The notes under the pieces: generated by a model
Told to the model about the DNA's origin: nothing
What the model saw: only the letters and a program-made list of their open reading frames with translations
Database searches by the model: none
Shown: one piece after another, positions 10,474 to 20,420 of the stretch
Numbering within the stretch: position 1 is the first letter of the stretch
Layout of the letters: each line of letters opens with the position of its first letter
Made by a program: the position numbers and the translations under genes
Source: an uncultured Lentisphaerales bacterium
GTDB taxonomy: Bacteria > Verrucomicrobiota > Lentisphaeria > JABSQK01 > UBA12247
Assembly (NCBI GenBank): GCA_943788985.1
Contig: CALSSJ010000012.1
Span: 192,001-256,000 of the forward strand
DNA: 64,000 bases
Direction: 5' to 3'

Positions 10474-11205
10474 CCGAACGCCTCCGGGCCACGATTAAGG
10501 AACTCAACCCCAGCTAGATCGCTGATAACCTCGACATCGAAACTGCCGAAGCCATCCGGCTCTCACGTCCGGCCCATGACCTCATCGAGCAGCTTTTCGA
10601 AGGCCCACTAGCTTATCGTCACAACCGCAGCGTCGAGCGCCGCATGCGTCAGGCCAAACTATCGCGGCGCAGGAGCTTGACTGACTTCGACTTCTACTGG
10701 CCATCGGTCATCAATGCCGACCAAGTTCGCGCGTTGTTCACCTTAGGCTTCCTGCGTGATGCAGACCAACATCGTCTTCATTGGCACCGTTGGCTTAGGG
10801 AAGACTCATCTTGCCTGCGCCCTCATCGCTAAAGCCTGCGAAAAGCGTAAGAACGCGTTGTTCAACCCATCAGTGAGCATGATCAACGAGTTCATCGACG
10901 CTCGTAAATACGGTACGTTATCCAAAGCCATCAAGCGCTCCCTACGCTGCGATCTATTGGCCATCTACAAACCTGGTTAATTACCCATGGACAAACTCAT
11001 TGCCGAGCTGGTATTTCGGGTTCTTGCAGGTCGTTACGAACGCGGCTCCACCATCATCACAATCAACCGTGTCTGCAAGGACTGGACCGTGACTTTTGCA
11101 GGTGACAGTGCAATGACGGCCGCCGTCCCAGACCGCATCGTCTATCATTGCCATACCGTTGTTATTGAGGAGTAGAGCTACAGAATGAAAGACCGCGTAA
11201 GCTAG
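10470..11205 (+). pseudogene. istB: IstB helper ATPase pseudogene
   Basis: LTDFDF, Walker A GTVGLGKTHLA, RYERGSTIIT, AVPDRIVYHC, IEE*SYRMKD; several stops and a frameshift. Confidence 0.85.
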
Positions 11206-11268
11206 CTAAGGGCTCATGGTGGCCGCATCGCAGCCCCTTCCTTTTTGGTGGGGCCAGCATTTATGCCG

Positions 11269-11853
11269 CTACTGAGGCCACCTCGGCATCTTCCGGAAGT
11301 CGTTTAGCATCGCCTCTTGACCTTGTGAGATGACCTCCGGTGTCGGATGTACGAGAGGGCATCCTTTTACGGCGATGCCCTTGCCGTAGACGTACCTTTC
11401 CAGTTGGACTAAAATCCCCGAGGCGATCAAGTCTTTCAGCGGCGATAGGACCGTGACCTCGGTCTCCGCCAGATTGAGAGTTCGCAGCGAAGCAAGGCCT
11501 GTGAAACAGGCAACAGATATTAGCTTGGAGTTGGCGCGGAGGTCGAGAGTGGGGATTATTATCAGGACCCAGGCGATTGCCCAGGCACACTCGTTATCAA
11601 TCTGGCAACGCCATAGGATAAGCGAGCGCAGCCGTTTGAGAGGCTTTAGCTTCTCTGCGACGTCCTCGCAAGTTTCCTTGAGTTGGCTAACCTGCTTTGC
11701 TCGTAGTTCAGGCTGCCACTCCGGCGGCGAGGGTGAGAGCCACCTGTCATGCCCGAGTAGAGCAAAGTCTTCTCGCCCTTCATCGCGGACCCGGGCAATG
11801 ACAGCGTCCAGTTGCTAGTGCGTAATCCGCGGCAGCGTTCCCTCTCTGGCCAT
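11269..11853 (-). pseudogene. LRR protein N-terminal remnant, Roco (LRR-Roc-COR)-like
   Basis: Hand translation, not in the ORF track: MAREGTLPRITH*QLD...LKRLRSLILWRCQI...TLDLRANSKL...LASLRTLNLAETEVTVLSPLKDL...GCPLVHPTPEVISQGQEAMLNDF; internal TAG at 11815-11817; runs into the IS21 end. Confidence 0.65.
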
Positions 11854-12153
11854 CCTTCTGACTCTCGTATGTATACTCTTTATCTAGGCTGCTTCGGGGC
11901 CGTATGGCGGCGCACATTTTATGCGTTCATGTGCAGTGAAATAAGAGGCAAATGCCAAAGATGAAGGCACTGACGGAAAGTTTTGCGAATTTCTCGCTAT
12001 ACTGCTCGGAGTGACAGCTCGGCGCGAGCTGGCGGGGGGGCTTAGTCAACGACGGGAGTCGCGTGGGACGCTGTGAAGACCCGGCGGAAGAACGGCACTG
12101 CCGTGCCTGACTACGAACAACGAAATCGTCCAAGGGACGATTGGATCAGCAGG

Positions 12154-14124
12154 TCAGACGACGCGGTCGTTGCCGCCATCGATCGGGATCTGCGCCCCGG
12201 TGGTCCGGGCGAAGAGGGGGCCAGCAAGGGCTTCGACTAAGGCGGCGACTTCCTGGGAGGAAACTGCGGTCTTGAGCAGATTGCGGGTGGTGTACTCGGA
12301 GACGGTCAGGCCGTAGTTGGCAGCTCGGGTCTCGAGCACGCCATCAGACCAGATGCCGGTGTCGTAGACAGCGTCAGGATGAAGGATGTTGACGCGGATG
12401 TTGTCGGCGGCTAGTTCGAGCGCGGCGACGCGTACGAGCTGGGTGAGACCGGCTTTAGCCGCGGAATAGGCGACGGCGCCGGGACCCGGTGCCGGGACGT
12501 TCTTGCTGCCGATGACGACGATAGCTGGATCGATGCCCGCACGGAGAAAGGGGATGCTGACCTGGAGTAGATTTTTGTGCTGGGTGAGGTTGAGCTGCAG
12601 GCTCTGGTCCCAGGTTGCATCGCTGAGGGTTTCGATTGGCTCGCCTGGGCTAAAGACGCCCGCGTTGCTGACGACGATGTCGAGGCCACCGAAGTGGCGC
12701 ACTGTGGCGTTTACTGCCTGGCGGATGGCCTCAGGATTGCGCAGATCGCAGATGAGACCGAGGGCCGCCGGGCTGTTGAAGAGCGTGGTGATTTTTGGGT
12801 CTACGTCCAGTGCGACGACGGCCGCGCCAGACTTGAGAAACTGTTCGCAGGTGGCGCGGCCAATGCCGCTAGCGGCACCGGTGACGAGGGCAATCTTGCC
12901 GCGAAGAGGTGGGGCACTTGCTTGCTTGCGAAGTTTGGCTTGCTCGAGCTCCCAGTACTCGACGTCGAAGATGTCAGCTGGGGAAAGGGCTTCCCAGCCG
13001 CCGAGGGATTCGGCAAGCTGCACGACTTTTGCGGTATGGGCCGCGATGTCGGCGATGATCGCAGCTTCGCGGCTGTCTGCACCGAGGGCGATGAGCCCGG
13101 CACCTGGCCAGATGGCCCAGCGCGGGGCCGGGTCGAGGCAGGTCAGGCCGTCCTGATTGTGCTGGTCGAAGTAGGCGCGGTAGGCGCTGGCGTAGTCGGA
13201 GATGTCTTGCTCGGCGTTGCCAGTCAAGACAACGGGCGTGCGCTTGGTCCGAATGGAATGGTCGGGAGTGACGGGGCCGCGGGCGCCAATCGTTGCGATG
13301 TCGGCACGATCAGCGTAGGCTCGCAGGGCAGGGCTGTCGTCCAGCTTGGCGAGGACTGGGATGCCGCGGAAGCGTGAGACGCAGGCGCGCAGCTTTGCCA
13401 GAGCCTGAAGGTCTATGGCGGGCTCAGCGGTGGCGCGTGGGGCTAGGGAAGCGCGACTGCTGAGGTATTCTTCTGCCTGGGTGACGAGCTTGATGTGTTG
13501 CTCGTACGAGGCTCGGGCATCGTCATGAAAGGTGAAGAGGCCGTGATTGAGCAGGACGATGCCGTCGAGTTGGTCCCAGTCGACGTCGCGGGTGCGCTCG
13601 TAGACTGCTTTGGCGAGGACGAAGCCAGGCATGACATAGGGAATGGTGAGGATCCGGGGGCCGAAGACTTCGCGGACGCGGGCTTCATTGTCGGGCGCGT
13701 TAGTGATCGCCAGGACGGCGTCTGCGTGGGAGTGGTCGACAAAGCGGAAGGGAATGATGGCGTGCAGGATGGCTTCGACGGAGGCGTTGGGGGCACCCGG
13801 ATCGAGCATGGCGAGGCGCTGTTGGCGGACCATCTCGGTGTCGGACAGGGATGCGCATTTTGCCAGTTGGAGGAGGACGTCGAGGCGGAGTGGTGCGAAC
13901 CCCGCAACTTCGATGGTGGCAAGGTCCCAGCCGCTTCCTTTGACGAACAGGGTCTCGAGCGGCGTGCCGAAGAAGTCATTCTCGGTCATCTTGACGCTGG
14001 TGTTGCCGCCGCCATGGAGGACGAGGTCAGGGTCTTGCCCGAGCAGGCGTGAGGTGTAAACGCGCAACGCTTTTGGGTCGTCGCCACAAGCGGCTGCTGC
14101 TGAATCATTCCAGAGGCTTTTCAT
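12154..14124 (-). CDS. Bifunctional class II aldolase / short-chain dehydrogenase (RhaEW/YuxG-like fusion)
   Basis: Aldolase motifs HGGGNTSVK, SVEAILH, DHSH, NHG; SDR motifs TGAASGIG, NAG, YSAAK. Confidence 0.9.
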   Translation of the reverse strand: MKSLWNDSAAAACGDDPKALRVYTSRLLGQDPDLVLHGGGNTSVKMTENDFFGTPLETLFVKGSGWDLATIEVAGFAPLRLDVLLQLAKCASLSDTEMVRQQRLAMLDPGAPNASVEAILHAIIPFRFVDHSHADAVLAITNAPDNEARVREVFGPRILTIPYVMPGFVLAKAVYERTRDVDWDQLDGIVLLNHGLFTFHDDARASYEQHIKLVTQAEEYLSSRASLAPRATAEPAIDLQALAKLRACVSRFRGIPVLAKLDDSPALRAYADRADIATIGARGPVTPDHSIRTKRTPVVLTGNAEQDISDYASAYRAYFDQHNQDGLTCLDPAPRWAIWPGAGLIALGADSREAAIIADIAAHTAKVVQLAESLGGWEALSPADIFDVEYWELEQAKLRKQASAPPLRGKIALVTGAASGIGRATCEQFLKSGAAVVALDVDPKITTLFNSPAALGLICDLRNPEAIRQAVNATVRHFGGLDIVVSNAGVFSPGEPIETLSDATWDQSLQLNLTQHKNLLQVSIPFLRAGIDPAIVVIGSKNVPAPGPGAVAYSAAKAGLTQLVRVAALELAADNIRVNILHPDAVYDTGIWSDGVLETRAANYGLTVSEYTTRNLLKTAVSSQEVAALVEALAGPLFARTTGAQIPIDGGNDRVV

Positions 14125-15179
14125 ACGGAGGAGTCGGCTGGTTCGTAGAGGTTTGCCAGGTTGGTGGCGTAGGGGGGAAGCACGAGCCCGCGATCGGTGA
14201 TAAGCCCGGTGACTAGGTCATGCGGCGTGACGTCGAAAGCTGGATTGCGCACTTGTATGTTCTCGGGGGCGGTGCGACGGGCGCCAAAATGGGTGACTTC
14301 TTCGGCGCTGCGCTCTTCGATCGGGATGCCGCTGCCGTCGGGGGTGCTGAAGTCGATAGTGGAGGAGGGCAGGGCGACATAGAAGGGGATGCCAAAATGC
14401 TTGGCGCAGATGGCGACGCCGAGGGTGCCGATCTTGTTGGCCACGTCACCGTTAGCAGCCACGCGGTCGGTGCCGGTAATGACGAGGTCGATCTCACCGG
14501 ATGCCATCATGTGAGCGGCCATGTTGTCGGTAATGGCGGTGACGTCGATGCCGCTGCGCTGAAGCTCCCAGCAGGTGAGGCGGGCGCCTTGGAGGAGCGG
14601 GCGGGTTTCGTCGGCAAAGACGCGAAAGTTGCGGCCCTGTTGCTGGGCGATGTACATGGGGGCGAGGGCGGTGCCGATGCCAGAGGTAGCGAGAGCGCCA
14701 GCGTTACAGTGTGTGAGGACACCCATTCCATCTTGGATCAACGGCGCACCATGTTCGCCCATGGCCTGGCACAAGGCTTGGTCTTCGGCGTGAATTTTCT
14801 GGGCCTGGGTGACGAGCGCATCGTACATTTGCGCGGCGGCCAGGTTGCTGAGGGATTCTGCTTTGCGGAGCATGCGATCCAGCGCCCAGCTGAGGTTTAC
14901 AGCGGTTGGGCGAGAGTCCGCGAGATAGGCGGCTTGTGCGCGCAGACCGGTGAGGAAGGCGGCGGGACTGGCGTTACGGAGTTCGCAAACCGCAACAAGT
15001 AAGCCATAGGCGGCGGCAACTCCGATGGCTGGCGCACCGCGGACTTTGAGCTGCTTGATGGAGTCCCAGACTTGCTCAGCGCTGGTCTGCTCTTCCATCA
15101 CTTCTTCCAGCGGCAACCGGGTCTGGTCCAGAAGGAAGAGGGCGCCATTGCGCCAGCTAACAGTTTCAGGGAGCGTCAT
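14121..15179 (-). CDS. mtnA: S-methyl-5-thioribose-1-phosphate isomerase
   Basis: LDQTRLP, VRGAPAIG, SRPTAVNL, LTHCNAGALAT, ETRPLLQGARLT, NGDVANKIGT, NPAFDVTP. Confidence 0.95.
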   Translation of the reverse strand: MTLPETVSWRNGALFLLDQTRLPLEEVMEEQTSAEQVWDSIKQLKVRGAPAIGVAAAYGLLVAVCELRNASPAAFLTGLRAQAAYLADSRPTAVNLSWALDRMLRKAESLSNLAAAQMYDALVTQAQKIHAEDQALCQAMGEHGAPLIQDGMGVLTHCNAGALATSGIGTALAPMYIAQQQGRNFRVFADETRPLLQGARLTCWELQRSGIDVTAITDNMAAHMMASGEIDLVITGTDRVAANGDVANKIGTLGVAICAKHFGIPFYVALPSSTIDFSTPDGSGIPIEERSAEEVTHFGARRTAPENIQVRNPAFDVTPHDLVTGLITDRGLVLPPYATNLANLYEPADSSV

Positions 15180-15451
15180 GGGACGGACAATACTGCGAAT
15201 CTGCTGGCAAGCAACTGCTAGCAGTCTGTCGGACTTGGGATGATCCGCTGCAAACCTGCGCGACTTCGGATTATTTCGCGGGTAATTTGGGTTGGGTACG
15301 CAGGGGCATCGGCGAGGTGTCCCCAGTGCACCGGAGCATCCAAAATCCCTCTCGCACTCACCTGCCAATTTACGATTCACCACACTAGTGCCTTTTGACT
15401 TGATAACGCTGGTGCATAGGGTCGGCGATCGAAACAGCGAAGGAGAGGGGC

Positions 15452-17008
15452 ATGGCCGTAGCGGAGACCTCGGAGCGACACACGGAGACTGAACTGGCTG
15501 ACGCTCCGGAGAACAACCTGATGCAGAGGCTGTTTTGTTCTCCCAACCGTGTCTTTTTGATCTCGTTTGTGCTCTTGCTGCTCTATAACATCGAGGCAAT
15601 CCAGGATCCTCCGTATTGGGACGAGATCGTGGGGCGTTTTAATACGGCTATTTTGTTGAAACAGACGGGGTGGGACTTTAGGCAGCTGTTCGTGCTTGAG
15701 CCGGGCTATTATGAGGGCGGATCGGCAATCGGAAAGTCCTTTTTGCTTACCTATGTAGAGGCTGTGATGTATGCGGTTCTGCCGCCGGCTGCGATTTTTG
15801 TGCTGCTGCATGTGATGACGATCGCTCTGGCAGCACTGGCCTTTACGTTGTCGTTCGTGCTGCTGGAAAAGCGTGTTGGTGCTGGTCTGGCTGGGCTCTG
15901 GTCGGGGGCAGCAGCGATGCTGCCGATGTGGAATGGGCAAACGGCGGCGCTGGGCAATGATGTGCCGGCCGCAGCCGCGGTGATGCTTGGACTCTACGCG
16001 TTCGACCGGGAACGATATGGCTGGTGTTGTGGTTGGGTGCTTCTGGCGTACCTGTTGAAATCCACGGGGATCATCTTGGCCCTAGCGCTGGTGACTTGGG
16101 CGGTGATTACAGCGGTGGCGGCGTGGCGCACGTCGCGGGTTGAGAGACAGTTTAGTGGAAGGGATATTAGCTTGTTGGTCGGGCCACTGCTGCTGATCAT
16201 TGGGCTGCGGTTTGGTGTTGATTACGGCGAGGGGATGGAGGGCGGCGCACAGCACTTGGCGCAAGGACTGGGCCGGGTGATGGGGTATGGAAAGTTGTGC
16301 ATCCCGCTTCTGTGCTTGAGTGTCCCGGTGCTGATTCTGGTAAGCGCTGGCTTCTTTCTGCGCAAGGGACTGTGGGCCCGGATTCTTGCGCATCGCTTGG
16401 AGTTGATGATTACGATTCTGGTGCTGGGTTTTTGGGCTTCGTTTGTTCTGTATGTGCACTCGCTGCCTCGGTATGCGTCGTTCGCGGTGTTTCCGACCGC
16501 GATGGCGATGTGCCTGATGCTGCCGCGACGGGTGGCCACGGGCCTGGGCATGGTTGTGCTTTGCTGGGGGGCGATCAACCAGCATGGGCTGTTGCTGCCG
16601 AAGTTGCCGTCGTACGTCGGGCGCTCTGGCGAGTATTTGGAGCGGAGCCGTGAGTACTTGGAGGATCTGGCGAGTAACCGGGCGCTTTGCAAATACCTGG
16701 AGGAGAATCACTTTGAGCGAACGATTGTGACCAAGTACCCGCACCTGCACATGCTGTGCTTGCCGGAACTGGGGTATGTGAGTCGGGCGCTGCCGAACGT
16801 GGTCGGGACAGGACTGGTGCCGACCACGGGAGCTGCCAAGCTGTTGCCAAAGGGGCAGGTGATCCCTGCTGGAGCGCTGGTGCTGTATGCGCCGAGCACG
16901 TTCGACTTGCTTTGCGATGTTTCTTTAATGCCTGGCCCCAAAGATCGGTTGATCGAAGGCGATCAGAGCCTGGCCACGCCTGTCCTGATCTATGAGCGGG
17001 GCCAGTAG
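15452..17008 (+). CDS. Polytopic membrane protein, GT-C-like glycosyltransferase
   Basis: More than 10 hydrophobic segments; DPPYWDE acidic motif after TM1; LLKSTG and LPRY. Confidence 0.55.
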   Translation: MAVAETSERHTETELADAPENNLMQRLFCSPNRVFLISFVLLLLYNIEAIQDPPYWDEIVGRFNTAILLKQTGWDFRQLFVLEPGYYEGGSAIGKSFLLTYVEAVMYAVLPPAAIFVLLHVMTIALAALAFTLSFVLLEKRVGAGLAGLWSGAAAMLPMWNGQTAALGNDVPAAAAVMLGLYAFDRERYGWCCGWVLLAYLLKSTGIILALALVTWAVITAVAAWRTSRVERQFSGRDISLLVGPLLLIIGLRFGVDYGEGMEGGAQHLAQGLGRVMGYGKLCIPLLCLSVPVLILVSAGFFLRKGLWARILAHRLELMITILVLGFWASFVLYVHSLPRYASFAVFPTAMAMCLMLPRRVATGLGMVVLCWGAINQHGLLLPKLPSYVGRSGEYLERSREYLEDLASNRALCKYLEENHFERTIVTKYPHLHMLCLPELGYVSRALPNVVGTGLVPTTGAAKLLPKGQVIPAGALVLYAPSTFDLLCDVSLMPGPKDRLIEGDQSLATPVLIYERGQ

Positions 17009-17102
17009 GGCGGGAAAACCCGGCCTGTTTTCAGGGAAGTACGTTGCGTTCAGGCAGAGCTGTTGTACTTAGGCGTAACGATTGAATGGTTTTGGGGGAC
17101 TC

Positions 17103-18470
17103 ATGCACAAGCCGTCTAGCCAGACGTCCAGACCGAATATCGTCTTTTTTCTGCTGGATGATCTCGGGATCAAGGATCTGGGCTGCTACGGCAGCGCGTT
17201 TCACGAATCGCCACGCATTAACCAAATGGCTGCGGAGGGGATGCGGTTTACGAATGCGTACGCCTCGCATCCAGTCTGTGGGCCTTCGCGGACTGCGATT
17301 CTGTCCGGGCGATCGCCCGGACGGCTGGGCGTGACGAACATTGGCGGGAAGATCGCGGGGGCTGGCGTGCCGTGGCCGAAGGTGCTGCAGGAGGCGGGCT
17401 ACGCGACCTGCTTTGTCGGGAAGTGGCATATGGGCTCGCGGGAATCGGTGCTGGAGAGTGGTTTCGATGTGAACGTGGCTGGCTGCGAAATTGGGCAGCC
17501 TTCTGACTTCTACTATCCGTACCGGTTCTATGACGATGGGCGAGCTTGCGACGGTGATGTCCCTGATATGGCGGATGGCAAGCCTGGGGACTACCTGACT
17601 GACAAGCTGACCGATAAGGCGCTCGACTTTGTGGAGGCGCATCAGGAGGAACCGTTCTTGGTGTACCTCTCGTATTATCAGACGCACAAGCCTCGAATTG
17701 CACCGGCACAGGGCAAGAAGGAGCATGTGGCGCACTTTCAACAGAAACTGGCGGGAATGCCAGAGCCTGCTGGTCCGACGACGCGGGTAGAGGTGCACGG
17801 CGAGGCGCAAACCGTGGAGTGCCTGGTGCAACGCAATGCGGAGTTCGCAGGGCAGATCAAGGCGGTGGACGACAATGTCGGGCGGGTTCTTGACCGATTG
17901 GAAGAGCTGGGGCTGGCTGAGAATACGATCGTGATCTTCACGGCGGATCAGGGGAGCGTCTGCACGAGCGAGGAATTCATGGTGTCGAGTCAGCAGCCGT
18001 ACCGGCTGGGCAAGGCCTGGATGTTCGACGGTGGGCTGCGGGTGCCGTTTTTGGTGCGTTGGCCGGGAATGGTTCCGGCGGGAGCGAAGAGTGACGTGGT
18101 GACAATTAGCACCGATCTTTATCCGACGATGTTGGCGGCAACTGGGCTGCCGGGGCGGCCTGAGCAGCATCAGGATGGGGCGAGTATTTTACCGGTTCTG
18201 TGCGAGGAGAAAGGCTTGCCTGAGCGGGCGCTGGTGTGGGTCTATGATTATGACCACGGCGAGCTTGGGCATAAGGCATCTGTGGCGATCCGCCATCGGG
18301 GGCACAAGCTGATTTACTGGCTCGGCGACGGCCATGCAGAACTTTATGATTCGGAGACCGATGTGGCTGAGGCGCAGGATCTCAGCGCGGAGTATCCGCA
18401 GCTGGTGGCATCCATGATTGATGAATTGAAACAAGTGGACTACATGGAGCAGTACCTATGTCAGAGTTGA
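17103..18470 (+). CDS. Sulfatase (formylglycine-dependent, Cys type)
   Basis: RPNIVFFLLDDLG, CGPSRTAILSG, GKWHMG, DGGLRVP. Confidence 0.95.
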   Translation: MHKPSSQTSRPNIVFFLLDDLGIKDLGCYGSAFHESPRINQMAAEGMRFTNAYASHPVCGPSRTAILSGRSPGRLGVTNIGGKIAGAGVPWPKVLQEAGYATCFVGKWHMGSRESVLESGFDVNVAGCEIGQPSDFYYPYRFYDDGRACDGDVPDMADGKPGDYLTDKLTDKALDFVEAHQEEPFLVYLSYYQTHKPRIAPAQGKKEHVAHFQQKLAGMPEPAGPTTRVEVHGEAQTVECLVQRNAEFAGQIKAVDDNVGRVLDRLEELGLAENTIVIFTADQGSVCTSEEFMVSSQQPYRLGKAWMFDGGLRVPFLVRWPGMVPAGAKSDVVTISTDLYPTMLAATGLPGRPEQHQDGASILPVLCEEKGLPERALVWVYDYDHGELGHKASVAIRHRGHKLIYWLGDGHAELYDSETDVAEAQDLSAEYPQLVASMIDELKQVDYMEQYLCQS

Positions 18471-20401
18471 CGGTGCCGGGAATTTTTGGTAATGGGATGG
18501 TTTTGCAGTGCGAGGCACCTGTGCCGGTGTGGGGCAAGGGGCCTGCGGGCGCTGAGATTTCGGTCTGCTTGAGGGCCAAGATGGCACGGGCACGCGTGGC
18601 GGATGATGGCTGTTGGCGGCTGGAACTGGAGCCACTGGCTGCCAGTGCAGAGCCGGCTGAGCTGCGAATTTCGGCAGAACCGGCTGCGGTGAATGGCAGC
18701 GTGACGATTCAGAACGTCCTGGTGGGCGAGGTCTGGGTTTGCTCCGGGCAGTCCAATATGGAATGGATTCTGCGTGATACGGAGAATGCGGTGGTGGAGA
18801 TTGCGGGAGCGGACTACCCGGAGATTCGCCGGTTTAAGGTTCCGCATTTGAGTGAGTTCGAAGAGCAGGATGACTGCCCCGGAAGCTGGGCAGTGTGCTC
18901 GCCCGAGACTGCAGCGTCCTTTACCGCGGTCGGGTACTACTTCGCAAAGGGGATTCGGCGCAGCAAGGATATTCCGGTGGGACTGATCAGCTCAAACTGG
19001 GGCGGGACGCCGGTCGAGAGCTGGAGCAGCCTGCCCGCTCTTCGGGCGCACGCAGACTGGGCAGATTTCGAGAAGCGGATCGCCGCTGTTCAGGAAACGC
19101 TGGCTGATCCGGAGAATGGAGATGATGTACGGGAGTCCGCAGCTTTTGCCCAGGCTCAGGAGGCATGGGATGTGCTGGCCGACTCGGAGCAGGCGTTTGC
19201 GCGGGTAGGGTTTGACGATAGCGCCTGGGACACGATGCTGGTGCCGCAGTTGTGGGAGAAGGTGGGGCTTGAGGTGGACGGGGTGGTCTGGTTCAGGACG
19301 ACGATCGAGCTACCGGCGGACTGGGCAGGCGAAGATGCGGTGCTAAACTTGGGCCCTGTGGACGACTACGATAATACGTTCTGGAATGGGACGCGGATCG
19401 GCGGTGTGGGGCCGGATACGGCGAACTCGTGGCAAGTACCACGGCAGTACACGATTGCTGGAGAGCTGATCAAGCCGGGGCGTAATTTGCTGGCGGTTCG
19501 TGTGTTCAATGTGATGGGGGCCGGGGGGATCTGCGGGACGCCCGAGGGATTGGCGCTTTGCCGCGCGAGCGGAGGAGCGGGGCTCAACCTGGCAGGTGAT
19601 TGGCGCTATCAAGTTCATCTGCGCCGGCCGTTGGGGGAACCACTTAATATGGGCTGGTTGCCGGGCGGGCTGTACAACGCGATGATCCATCCGCTTATTT
19701 CGTATGGGATTCGCGGGGTAATCTGGTATCAGGGCGAGTCGAATGCGGATCGGGCTCTTCAGTATCAAACGCTTTTTGCCGATATGATTCGGGACTGGCG
19801 GTCGGCATGGGGGCAGGGAGACTTTCCTTTCTATTTTGTGCAACTGGCCAATTTTAATGAGCCGCAGACGGAGCCCGGAAGTGGGAATTTTGCGGAGCTG
19901 CGGGAAGCGCAAACGATGGCTTTGGCACTGCCAGAGACGGGGATGGCTGTGATCGTAGATATTGGCGAAGCCGTGGATATCCATCCGCAGAACAAGCGCG
20001 ATGTGGGCGAGCGTCTGGCAGTGATCGCGCGGAACCAGATTTATGGTGAGCCGGAGCTGGTTTACTCAGGACCGCTGTACGAGTCGCAGCAGGCCGTGAA
20101 TGGCAGGCTGCAGCTCAAGTTTACGCACGCTGGTACTGGGATTACCACGGCCGAGATTCACAGCGAAGGGAAGTACACGGTGCGGGAGCCGGGCAAGATC
20201 GCACCGAGCGGTTTCGCGTTGGGCAAGCCTGATGGGAGTTGGGTCTGGGCGCAGGCTCGGATTGTCGGGCTGGACACGATTGAGCTCTGGCATGATGAGG
20301 TACCGGCGCCCAGCGATGTTCGCTATGGCTGGCACGACAACCCGGTGTGCAATGTCTACAATCGCGAGGGCTTGCCCGCCGTTCCGTTTCGAACTCGATA
20401 A
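18458..20401 (+). CDS. Sialate O-acetylesterase-family (SASA) carbohydrate esterase with inserted beta-sandwich
   Basis: GEVWVCSGQSNM, WGGT, GVIWYQGESN, DIHP. Confidence 0.92.
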   Translation: MSELTVPGIFGNGMVLQCEAPVPVWGKGPAGAEISVCLRAKMARARVADDGCWRLELEPLAASAEPAELRISAEPAAVNGSVTIQNVLVGEVWVCSGQSNMEWILRDTENAVVEIAGADYPEIRRFKVPHLSEFEEQDDCPGSWAVCSPETAASFTAVGYYFAKGIRRSKDIPVGLISSNWGGTPVESWSSLPALRAHADWADFEKRIAAVQETLADPENGDDVRESAAFAQAQEAWDVLADSEQAFARVGFDDSAWDTMLVPQLWEKVGLEVDGVVWFRTTIELPADWAGEDAVLNLGPVDDYDNTFWNGTRIGGVGPDTANSWQVPRQYTIAGELIKPGRNLLAVRVFNVMGAGGICGTPEGLALCRASGGAGLNLAGDWRYQVHLRRPLGEPLNMGWLPGGLYNAMIHPLISYGIRGVIWYQGESNADRALQYQTLFADMIRDWRSAWGQGDFPFYFVQLANFNEPQTEPGSGNFAELREAQTMALALPETGMAVIVDIGEAVDIHPQNKRDVGERLAVIARNQIYGEPELVYSGPLYESQQAVNGRLQLKFTHAGTGITTAEIHSEGKYTVREPGKIAPSGFALGKPDGSWVWAQARIVGLDTIELWHDEVPAPSDVRYGWHDNPVCNVYNREGLPAVPFRTR

Positions 20402-20420
20402 GGAGTCGGAATCACAAAAC

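Larger units (their letters stand above)
9540..11290 (+). mobile_element. Degenerate IS21-family element (istA/istB); boundaries approximate
   Basis: IstA and IstB fragments in tandem with ATGA overlap at 10470-10473; repeated gtggggccag / ctgaggccac boxes at 11248-11281 resemble IS21-type end repeats; left end not seen. Confidence 0.8.

Noticed and set aside
12092..12118. Small hairpin ggcac-tgcc-gtgcc with adjacent ctac, REP-like
   Set aside because: Single short copy; cannot be told apart from a terminator-like hairpin
14121..15599. 140-aa N-terminal extension on MtnA in the ORF track
   Set aside because: Homology begins at MTLPETVSW (15179); the extension overlaps the divergent gene and looks non-coding
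17031..18170. Long antisense ORFs (e.g. 379 aa here, 331 aa at 42390-43385, 374 aa at 58190-59314)
   Set aside because: Shadow frames of well-supported genes in high-GC DNA, with no family motifs
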